This document shows positions 57,224 to 64,000 of a stretch of DNA of 64,000 bases, piece by piece (the stretch's first letter is position 1; every line of letters starts with the position of its first letter). A model generated the notes under the pieces. It did no database searches and was not told where the DNA came from. It worked only from the letters and a program-made list of their open reading frames with translations. This DNA is from Candidatus Magasanikbacteria bacterium CG10_big_fil_rev_8_21_14_0_10_36_32 (GTDB lineage: Bacteria > Patescibacteriota > Patescibacteriia > Magasanikbacterales > GWA2-37-8). The stretch is taken from positions 2,397 through 66,396 of the forward strand of contig PFBV01000003.1 of assembly GCA_002778465.1 (NCBI GenBank), written 5' to 3'. The translations under genes were made by a program, and so were the position numbers.

Positions 57224-58072
57224 CTAAACATTACCTGTCATTTTTCTCTCAGCGCAAATAGCCGCATTTTGAAACAGTTTAGCAACAGTAATTGGTCCGA
57301 CTCCGCCCGGTGTCGGCGTTACCAAAACGCCTTTTTTATCCAAACCGGAAACATTAACATCGCCAAACACTTTTCCTTTATCAAAAGAAAACCCGGCATC
57401 AATCACAATTGTTCCTTTTTTAACCATTTTAGCGGTGACTAAATTCTTTTTTCCCGCGCCGCTGATAATTATATCCGCTTCCAAACATTTTTTTGTTAAA
57501 TTTTTTGTAGTGCTGTTACAAATAGTCACTGTCGCCCGAGCATTCATCAACAAAACAGCCAATGGACGGCCCAATAATAATCCGGAACCGATTATAACCA
57601 CATTTTTGCCCGGAAAATCAACATTTAAATCACGCAATATTTCCATCACCGCTCCGGCGGTCGGCGGTTCCAAACGATTATCTTTCAACAACAACCTTCC
57701 CAAATTTATTTCAGTCAAACAATCAATATCCGCTTCCGGCAAAATATATGATAGAATTTTCTGCTGATCAAATTGTTTTGGCAAAGGCAATTGAATTATT
57801 ATTCCGGCCGTATCTCGGCGAGATTGCGCCGCCATTATTTCTCTAATTAAATCCTCTTCCTTTATTTTTGAAGGAAACCGCAACAGTTCAAAACCAAAAC
57901 CCAACTTTTTGGCCATCATTTCTTTTTGCCTAACATAAACTTCAGATTCCGGACGATTTCCAATCAAAACAACCGCCACTTTCGGATTAAACCAATTGTG
58001 ATTCATTTTTTTTACTTTATCCAATGTTTCTTGATTAATTTTAAAAGCTATGGCTTTTCCGTCAATTAACAT
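57224..58072 (-). CDS. folD: bifunctional methylenetetrahydrofolate dehydrogenase/methenyl-THF cyclohydrolase
   Basis: AVVLIGNRPESEVYVRQK, and a Rossmann fold with VVIIGSGLLLGRPLAVLL. Confidence 0.85.
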   Translation of the reverse strand: MLIDGKAIAFKINQETLDKVKKMNHNWFNPKVAVVLIGNRPESEVYVRQKEMMAKKLGFGFELLRFPSKIKEEDLIREIMAAQSRRDTAGIIIQLPLPKQFDQQKILSYILPEADIDCLTEINLGRLLLKDNRLEPPTAGAVMEILRDLNVDFPGKNVVIIGSGLLLGRPLAVLLMNARATVTICNSTTKNLTKKCLEADIIISGAGKKNLVTAKMVKKGTIVIDAGFSFDKGKVFGDVNVSGLDKKGVLVTPTPGGVGPITVAKLFQNAAICAERKMTGNV

Positions 58073-58145
58073 ATTTATATATTATATTGCTTTATTATAA
58101 CACAGATAAACTATTTCTTTCCATCTTTTAACCGCTTTTCCGCTA

Positions 58146-58174
58146 TTGACACAACACTCAAAATGTATTATCTT
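58146..58174 (+). promoter_or_regulatory. sigma70-like promoter TTGACA-17-TATCTT for family member B (homologous to the member A promoter)
   Basis: TTGACAcaacactcaaaatgtatTATCTT. The spacer ..caaaatgt.. is shared with member A. It places the real start at ATG 58234, not the ORF-track start 58177. Confidence 0.45.
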
Positions 58175-58233
58175 AATTGAAAATTGCTCTTTTGAGCCAC
58201 TGCGGTCTGAAAGACCAAAAAGGAGAAATAACA

Positions 58234-58587
58234 ATGGAAGAGACTGTGGCGGAAAAAAATAAAGAGGAAGAGAAAGATCCTCACTCCGGATGGTGGATTT
58301 CTATATGCGGTATTATCATTTTTCTGCTCGGCCTTATGCTGGGGACGTTTATATGCCTAGGCGACAGCGAAACGCTTGGAAGCACAGACACCGGCGATGT
58401 CTACAACTTCATCGCTTTCGTGGATAAGAACGCTCCCAACGGCACAGTGGAGGCGGTCATTTCCGACACTGACGATCCTGACGATCATCATTTCATCTCT
58501 ATGACCAAAAAGTGCGCCGCCACTTACCACAAAGGCGCCCGTTACGTTCTCGTCGTGAACTTGAACAAATGCATCTGGCTCCCCTGA
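58234..58587 (+). CDS. small membrane-anchored protein, family member B (closest to A)
   Basis: SD AAAGGAGA. TM WWISICGIIIFLLGLMLGTFICL. C-domain YNFIAFVDKNAPNGTVEAVISDTDDPDDHHFISMTKKCAATYHKGARYVLVVNLNKCIWLP. GC-rich. Confidence 0.6.
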   Translation: MEETVAEKNKEEEKDPHSGWWISICGIIIFLLGLMLGTFICLGDSETLGSTDTGDVYNFIAFVDKNAPNGTVEAVISDTDDPDDHHFISMTKKCAATYHKGARYVLVVNLNKCIWLP

Positions 58588-58609
58588 CCAATCGTTCTTT
58601 CTAAAAAAT

Positions 58610-58637
58610 CAGCCCCGTCATTTGACGGGGCTTTTTA
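58610..58637 (+). terminator. intrinsic terminator of family member B (near-identical to the member A terminator)
   Basis: cagccccgtc-attt-gacggggct followed by ttttt. The 65-nt block 58563-58637 nearly matches 45676-45750. Confidence 0.6.
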
Positions 58638-58638
58638 T

Positions 58639-59367
58639 TTATATTTTCATCAAACTTAAAACAATTGTTTCACTATTTTTCTTTTTCTTTCCAAAACGAT
58701 CATAATATTCTATTTTTATTTTTTTAAATCCGGCGGATTTTGCCAAACTTTTTAATTCATCGGCGGTAAAATAATGTAAATATCTCATTACTTCTTTTCC
58801 TCGTGTCCCCTTCCATGGCACGCAGACATCGCCGCTATCATATCCGTCGGAAATTTTTTTTAATTGATTTTTAATATCATATTTTTTACAAGCCCATTTT
58901 TCAAGCAAATTCCAACTGGTTATCACCGCTTTGCTGCCGGTTTTTAAAACGCGAAAAATTTCTTTTAAAAATTTTTCTCTCAATTCAACGGATGGTATAT
59001 GATGGATAACGGCAAAAGAAAAAATAAAATCAAATTGATTTTTTTTAAAAGGCAAATCAACGGCATCAGCAACAAAAAATTTAGCTTTTTTATTTTTTAT
59101 ATTCACAACATTTTTTTTCTTGGCTTCCATAATCAATTTTACTGAAATATCCGACCCAAAATAACGACCACCGCGCTTAATCGCCTCGTCAGCCATTAAA
59201 CCATTGCCACAACCAATATCAAGAACACTAAAACCTTTTGCAATATTCCTTAATAATTTTATTTTAATTAAAGATGGTATAGACCGGCTAATATTCCACT
59301 CCTTGGCAATGATATTGTAATTTCTTCTGGTTTCGCTTATAATGCTTAAAGCTTTTCGTTTTTCCAT
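58639..59367 (-). CDS. class I SAM-dependent methyltransferase (Methyltransf_11 type)
   Basis: Motif I VLDIGCGNGLMADEAIKRGG. Motif post-I GSDIS. 242 aa. Confidence 0.65.
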   Translation of the reverse strand: MEKRKALSIISETRRNYNIIAKEWNISRSIPSLIKIKLLRNIAKGFSVLDIGCGNGLMADEAIKRGGRYFGSDISVKLIMEAKKKNVVNIKNKKAKFFVADAVDLPFKKNQFDFIFSFAVIHHIPSVELREKFLKEIFRVLKTGSKAVITSWNLLEKWACKKYDIKNQLKKISDGYDSGDVCVPWKGTRGKEVMRYLHYFTADELKSLAKSAGFKKIKIEYYDRFGKKKKNSETIVLSLMKI

Positions 59368-59378
59368 AGAAATAAATT

Positions 59379-61010
59379 ATGGGTAAAATTGAAGAAAAAG
59401 TTATTTTACTGGCGACGGAAAAAATCCGTCTTCGCCGGCTGAACAATGCCGAACAATTCAATGAATTAAAACGGTTTGTTTTGCGTTCAGAAATTAAAAG
59501 CGGAACACTTCCGTCAACAGCCAATTTGCTTAAAGCATATCATAATTTAGTGGAAAAAAACAAGTTATCACCCAATAAAATACTGGAAAAACTGCTGGTT
59601 AAACGAGCGGTCAGAACATTGTCCGGCGTATCCATCGTCACTGTTTTAACTAAACCATTCCCCTGTCCGGGAAAATGCGTTTATTGTCCGTTGGAAAAAA
59701 ATATGCCAAAAAGCTATTTATCTGAAGAGCCGGCGGCCGCCCGGGCATTAAAACTGAATTTTGATCCGTTCAAACAGGTAACGGCGCGATTAAACACTTT
59801 AGAAAAAAATGGTCATCCAACCGATAAGGTTGAATTAATTGTTAAAGGCGGAACATGGAATGCCTATCCAATCAATTATCAATATTGGTTTATTTTAAGA
59901 TGTTTTGAGGCCTGCAACGCGAAAAATCAATCAAAAATAAAAAATCAAAAATTCAATTCCAAAATAAAAATTAACGAATTTAAAAAAATATTAGCCGGCG
60001 AACAGAAAAAAAATGAAACAGCGCAACACAGAATTATAGGACTGACTTTAGAAACCCGTCCGGACTTTGTCACTTATGAAACAGTCGGGCAAATGCGCGA
60101 ACTCGGCTGTACCCGAGCTGAACTTGGCGTACAAACAACCGATGATAAAATTTTAAAAATAATAAAACGCGGACACGCGGCGGAAGACATAAAAAAAGCG
60201 GTAAAATTGCTGAAACAATATGGTTTTAAAGTTGATTTTCATCTTATGCCGCAACTGCCCGGTTCCACCCCGGCCAAAGATTTAAAAATGCTATTAAGTG
60301 TTTTTTCAGATTCAGATTACCGTCCGGATATGCTTAAAATTTATCCGTGCGCGGTAATAAAAAATTCCGAATTATACCGTTGGTGGAAAGCTGGAAAATT
60401 TCAGCCTTATTCCAACAAACAACTATTATCAATTTTGAAAAAATTTAAAGCTCAAGTACCTTATTATGTCAGAATATCCAGATTAATCCGCGACGTACCC
60501 GGCCGTTATATTGAAGCCGGCAATAAAGTCACAAATCTGCGGCAAGTTATTCAATCGGAAATGGCGGCGGAAAAATTAAAATGTAAATGTCTGCGATGTC
60601 GAGAAATAGGACATCAAGAAAAAATAAAAAATAAAAAATCAAAAATCAAACTATTTTCTAATAAATATAAATCCAGCGGCGGAATGGAATATTTTTTAAG
60701 TTTTGAAGATATTAAACGGCAAGCGATATTTGCTTTTTGCCGTTTAAGAATTGATAAAACCGGAATTTATCCGGCTTTTATCCGCGAATTGCATGTTTAT
60801 GGACAATCAATTTCAGTCGGCGAAAGGGAACAAAAAGCTTCTCAACATAAAGGTTTGGGAGTAAAATTAATTAAAGAAGCGGAAAAAATTTGTAAAAAAC
60901 ACAAAATCAGAGAAATTGCCGTTATTTCCGGAGTTGGTGTGAAAAATTATTATAAAAAATTCGGCTACAAACCGGAAAATACTTATATGATAAAATCACT
61001 AAAACACTAA
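59379..61010 (+). CDS. Elp3-like radical SAM + GNAT protein (putative tRNA U34 carboxymethyl/acetyl transferase homolog)
   Basis: Radical SAM cluster motif CPGKCVYCP in an Elp3-type N-terminus. C-terminal GNAT fold (QHKGLGVKLIKEAEKICKK). Confidence 0.7.
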   Translation: MGKIEEKVILLATEKIRLRRLNNAEQFNELKRFVLRSEIKSGTLPSTANLLKAYHNLVEKNKLSPNKILEKLLVKRAVRTLSGVSIVTVLTKPFPCPGKCVYCPLEKNMPKSYLSEEPAAARALKLNFDPFKQVTARLNTLEKNGHPTDKVELIVKGGTWNAYPINYQYWFILRCFEACNAKNQSKIKNQKFNSKIKINEFKKILAGEQKKNETAQHRIIGLTLETRPDFVTYETVGQMRELGCTRAELGVQTTDDKILKIIKRGHAAEDIKKAVKLLKQYGFKVDFHLMPQLPGSTPAKDLKMLLSVFSDSDYRPDMLKIYPCAVIKNSELYRWWKAGKFQPYSNKQLLSILKKFKAQVPYYVRISRLIRDVPGRYIEAGNKVTNLRQVIQSEMAAEKLKCKCLRCREIGHQEKIKNKKSKIKLFSNKYKSSGGMEYFLSFEDIKRQAIFAFCRLRIDKTGIYPAFIRELHVYGQSISVGEREQKASQHKGLGVKLIKEAEKICKKHKIREIAVISGVGVKNYYKKFGYKPENTYMIKSLKH

Positions 61011-61109
61011 AACACAAAAACCGACGGTTTGTTAAATATTTTCAAAAATTTAAGCATTAAAAAATTATTTATAAAATTAAAAATTCAAAAATTATAAAAA
61101 TTTCATCTT

Positions 61110-62348
61110 ATGAATCATAAAAAACTATCAAAATTTGATACAAAAATATATTCCGCCATTGAAAAAGAAAAACAACGGCAGGAACAGGGTCTTGAAATGA
61201 TTCCATCGGAAAATTTTGTTTCACCGGCGGTTTTGGAAGCGCTTGGTTCAATTTTAACCAATAAATATTCCGAGGGTTATCCCGGTAAACGCTATTATGG
61301 CGGATGTGAATTTATTGATGACGCGGAAACATTAGCGATTGAACGGGCAAAAAAACTTTTTAAAGCCGAACACGTAAATGTTCAGCCGTTATCCGGCGCG
61401 CCGGCCAATGTGGCGGTTTATTTCGCTTTGTTAAAACCGGGCGATACGGTATTGGGAATGGATTTATCACACGGCGGACATTTAACACATGGGCATCCGG
61501 TCACCTATATGGCGAAAATTTTTAACTTTATCCGTTATAAAACAACATCAGCCGGAAAAATTGATTATAAACAAATTGAAATTTTAGCAAAAAAACACAA
61601 ACCAAAAATAATTCTGGTTGGCTATTCGGCTTATTCGCGGGAAATTAATTATAAAAAAATTCAAATTATCGCTGACAAGGTAGGCGCCATTACTATGGCG
61701 GATATCGCCCACATCGCCGGTTTGATTGCCGGCGGACAAATGAATAATCCCGTTCCAATTTTTGATGTTGTCACCACCACCACTCACAAAACTCTGCGCG
61801 GACCGCGAGGCGGAATGATTATGTGTAAGAAAAAGTGGGCAAAAATAATTGACAAAGCGGTGTTTCCGGGATTTCAAGGCGGACCGCATGAAAATAATAT
61901 TGCCGCCAAAGCTGTTGCTTTTAAAGAAGCGTTGGAACCGACTTTTAAAACTTATGCTAAACAAATAATGAAAAACGCCAAAATTCTGGAACAAGAATTC
62001 AAAACACGCAATTACAAGATTTGTTTTAACGGCACCGATAATCATCTGCTACTGATTGACTTAAACAATAAAAATCTTTCCGGCAAAGAAGCTCAGGAAG
62101 CGTTGGATAAAGCCGGTATTACAGTCAATAAAAATATGATTCCGGACGATCCGCGTTCGCCAATGGATCCGTCAGGCATCAGGCTTGGCACGCCGGCTCT
62201 GACCAGTCGAGGAATGAGAGAAAAAGAAATGAAAATAATCGCCGGATGGATTGATCAAGTGATAATCAACCGACAAAATGACAAAAAACTGGCAGAAATT
62301 AAAAAACAAGTCGTAAAAATGACAAAAAAATTTCCGCTATATAAATAA
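61110..62348 (+). CDS. glyA: serine hydroxymethyltransferase
   Basis: [18 protein letters not shown] and the PLP lysine region [16 protein letters not shown]. Confidence 0.9.
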   Translation: MNHKKLSKFDTKIYSAIEKEKQRQEQGLEMIPSENFVSPAVLEALGSILTNKYSEGYPGKRYYGGCEFIDDAETLAIERAKKLFKAEHVNVQPLSGAPANVAVYFALLKPGDTVLGMDLSHGGHLTHGHPVTYMAKIFNFIRYKTTSAGKIDYKQIEILAKKHKPKIILVGYSAYSREINYKKIQIIADKVGAITMADIAHIAGLIAGGQMNNPVPIFDVVTTTTHKTLRGPRGGMIMCKKKWAKIIDKAVFPGFQGGPHENNIAAKAVAFKEALEPTFKTYAKQIMKNAKILEQEFKTRNYKICFNGTDNHLLLIDLNNKNLSGKEAQEALDKAGITVNKNMIPDDPRSPMDPSGIRLGTPALTSRGMREKEMKIIAGWIDQVIINRQNDKKLAEIKKQVVKMTKKFPLYK

Positions 62349-62361
62349 AATAAATAAACAA

Positions 62362-62395
62362 AAAATCCCCGGCGTATTGTCGGGGATTTTTTTAG
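62362..62395 (+). terminator. intrinsic terminator after glyA
   Basis: aatccccggcg-tattgt-cggggatt followed by tttttt. Confidence 0.6.
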
Positions 62396-62402
62396 AATAA
62401 AA

Positions 62403-62609
62403 TTATTCGCATTTCTGGCCAAAACACTTTTTTATTTGGCATTTTAATTTTTCAAAGAAACTTCCTTTTCCGCAACAAGTTTGTTCACTTGTAACATTGG
62501 CGGCAACCGGCGCGGCTGGCTGATTTTCAACCACTGGCGGAGTGTCATTGATTACCGGCGAGGTGTCGTTAACCACTGGCGGGGTTGTCGGAGCATTTTG
62601 CTGTTCCAT
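62403..62609 (-). CDS. small Pro/Val-rich protein with cationic Cys-loop C-terminal tail (paralogous to the C-terminus of the adjacent 348-aa protein)
   Basis: C-terminus CCGKGSFFEKLKCQIKKCFGQKCE versus the neighbour LLEKIKCQIKKFFGKECT. The 3-prime ~60 nt of the two genes are homologous. Confidence 0.4.
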   Translation of the reverse strand: MEQQNAPTTPPVVNDTSPVINDTPPVVENQPAAPVAANVTSEQTCCGKGSFFEKLKCQIKKCFGQKCE

Positions 62610-62665
62610 AGTTTTAAAATTAAAATTAATTAATATTCTTTAATACATTATACACCTAAATGAAA

Positions 62666-63712
62666 TTATGTACACTCTTTGCCAAAAAACTTTTTTATTT
62701 GGCATTTTATTTTTTCCAATAAACTTTCTTGTTTAACCGAATCCGTTTTAACCGCCATATCCTCTTCTGCCGCGACCGGATGATTAATAACCGCCGGAGT
62801 CGGACAATTCACTCCGCCGGAAATCAAACCTATTTTACAGCCAAAATTTTTAAACCTTAATTTTATATAATCCCAAAGATTTTGATTATCCATCAAATAA
62901 GGAACATAAGGCAAGGTGGTGGAAACATCAGCCACTGACTGATTAAGTCGGTCGCAAATGCGATTACCCACAAACGTCCAATAACGCGCGCGGGTTTTTT
63001 CTTTCATTTCAGAATAATCATCACGCAATTTGATTTTTTTATCATATTCATCAAATTCATTAATCGTCGTTCGGAATTGGCTGAAAATCCAGCCGTGTTT
63101 AACATCTTCAGTATTATTCAAACACATAAACAAACCGGTCATTTCAATCCACTTATCATCATTCATTCCATCAATAATAGCGTCAGCGACAGCGCAATTT
63201 CCGGAAACAACCAATTCATTGTATTTATCTTCGTAACGCTTATTCATTTCTTCAATATTCCAGTCTGCCTGCATTGCTTCATCTCCGGAAGTTTTAAAAT
63301 TTGTCTGCCACGCGTAAGCGGCATATTCAGCCGATGTTACCCCAAATTGCGACATAATGGCATTAGTCTGTTCTTTATCAACCACAGCCTCATTCACACA
63401 GCGGAGACGGGCGGTAATTTCCACCCAAATCTCAGGGGTCATTTTTCCACTGCCGGCGGTTAAAAATTTTTTCGCTTGTTCAGCTGTTTGTTGCGTGTTT
63501 TTTATCACTTCAGCGTTATTCATCATCATTTTACCCAAATCAACCGCTCCCCGAACAGTTCCGGTGACACTAACTTGCCGATTATTATTTCCAATATTTA
63601 ACAACTTCTCTTTGATTAAATCCATCGGATTCTGCGCGGCGGAAACAAAATCAACTGACACAAAACATACGCTAAAGACAATAAAAAAAATAACGATTGT
63701 TTTTTTAAACAT
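62666..63712 (-). CDS. secreted hypothetical protein (348 aa) with signal peptide and cationic Cys-loop C-terminal tail
   Basis: Signal peptide MFKKTIVIFFIVFSVCFVSVDFVSA. 8 Cys. The C-terminal EKIKCQIKKFFGKECT is shared with the adjacent small ORF. Confidence 0.5.
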   Translation of the reverse strand: MFKKTIVIFFIVFSVCFVSVDFVSAAQNPMDLIKEKLLNIGNNNRQVSVTGTVRGAVDLGKMMMNNAEVIKNTQQTAEQAKKFLTAGSGKMTPEIWVEITARLRCVNEAVVDKEQTNAIMSQFGVTSAEYAAYAWQTNFKTSGDEAMQADWNIEEMNKRYEDKYNELVVSGNCAVADAIIDGMNDDKWIEMTGLFMCLNNTEDVKHGWIFSQFRTTINEFDEYDKKIKLRDDYSEMKEKTRARYWTFVGNRICDRLNQSVADVSTTLPYVPYLMDNQNLWDYIKLRFKNFGCKIGLISGGVNCPTPAVINHPVAAEEDMAVKTDSVKQESLLEKIKCQIKKFFGKECT

Positions 63713-63887
63713 AAATTAAAAATATGATAAATAATCTTTTTTATATTATATCATATTAATTTTTTATTTTTAATTTTTTAAACAGCTAAAATAAAAAAAC
63801 AACCCCGACATTTGGTCGAGATTATTTTGCCCCCTCCTCCTTCAATATATATATTATACACCATTTAGCAATGCTAATACACTACAT

Positions 63888-63921
63888 TGTGGATAACTAT
63901 AAAAACTGTTTTAAATCCACA
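63888..63921. promoter_or_regulatory. two opposed DnaA-box-like 9-mers (TTATCCACA perfect on the minus strand, AAATCCACA on the plus strand) next to an extremely AT-rich stretch (63713-63800)
   Basis: tgtggataa at 63888-63896 and aaatccaca at 63913-63921. The preceding ~90 nt are over 90 percent A+T. Confidence 0.25.
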
Positions 63922-64000
63922 ACACAATCTCAAAACTCAAATGTTAAATGTCAAATCTATAACTCAAAACCCTCAATCTAAAAAAACACTACTATTGTTT

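Noticed and set aside
58177-58233. 5-prime extension of family member B (ORF-track start at 58177, MKIALLSHCGLKDQKGEIT)
   Set aside because: The extension overlaps the predicted -10 element and TSS. The strong SD AAAGGAGA is correctly spaced only for ATG 58234, which is the start homologous to member A.
45383-58587. Diversity-generating retroelement (DGR) hypothesis for the small-protein family: a near-identical 3-prime block in A and B could be a variable/template repeat pair with an IMH-like conserved 3-prime end
   Set aside because: Differences between A and B upstream of the shared block are not restricted to adenine positions (many C/T and G/A changes). Both copies are complete, independently promoted ORFs. 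No reverse transcriptase gene is present in the window.
1-64000. CRISPR arrays, transposases, integrases, restriction-modification or toxin-antitoxin pairs
   Set aside because: No regularly spaced short direct repeats, and no ORFs with nuclease/ATPase/transposase/integrase motifs, were found on either strand. The repeats present are the 48-nt coding repeat, the 48-nt promoter duplication and the 29-nt terminator-region duplication described above.

Overview
This 64-kb window is AT-rich (roughly one-third GC by eye) and gene-dense. It looks like the chromosome of a reduced-genome, uncultivated bacterium, possibly CPR/Patescibacteria-like; that placement is inference only. Most of the window is housekeeping genes, mainly on the minus strand. 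These include argS-tyrS-valS, a lower-glycolysis block (two tandem gpmI paralogs, eno, pgk, gap), scpAB, dacA-like, short-form aspS, tsf-rpsB, rpmE, prfA, prmC, rplY, folD, glyA, an Elp3-like radical-SAM/GNAT protein, tRNA-Leu(GAG) and tRNA-Val(TAC). Many genes carry near-consensus sigma70 promoters (TTGACA-17-TATAAT) and hairpin intrinsic terminators. The most unusual content is a family of four small, N-terminally membrane-anchored proteins (A at 45383-45700, C at 48908-49222, D at 49423-49764, B at 58234-58587). Their coding sequences are sharply GC-rich with C-ending codons, unlike every housekeeping gene here. Each member has its own homologous TTGACA-17-TATAAT promoter, a strong SD and a GC-hairpin terminator. 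Two members share a nearly identical 65-nt 3-prime block (last codons plus terminator) although they lie 13 kb apart. Other notable loci follow. An identical 48-nt promoter repeat drives both a CPBP/Abi intramembrane protease and an overlapping pair of Cys-rich small membrane proteins, arranged head-to-head with the tRNA-Val promoter. A tandem pair of paralogous cytoplasmic proteins (402 and 502 aa) share an HEEQH (HExxH) motif. A GC-rich island encodes a CxxC/CxC small protein. A 1488-aa coiled-coil/TM giant protein heads a three-gene operon. A conserved cationic Cys-loop C-terminal tail is duplicated in two adjacent genes. An Elp3 gene sits divergently from a Methyltransf_11 gene. There is an OMP-like beta-barrel protein ending in Phe. 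A possible DnaA-box/AT-rich origin-like region lies at the window end. I found no CRISPR array, transposase, integrase or classical defense genes.
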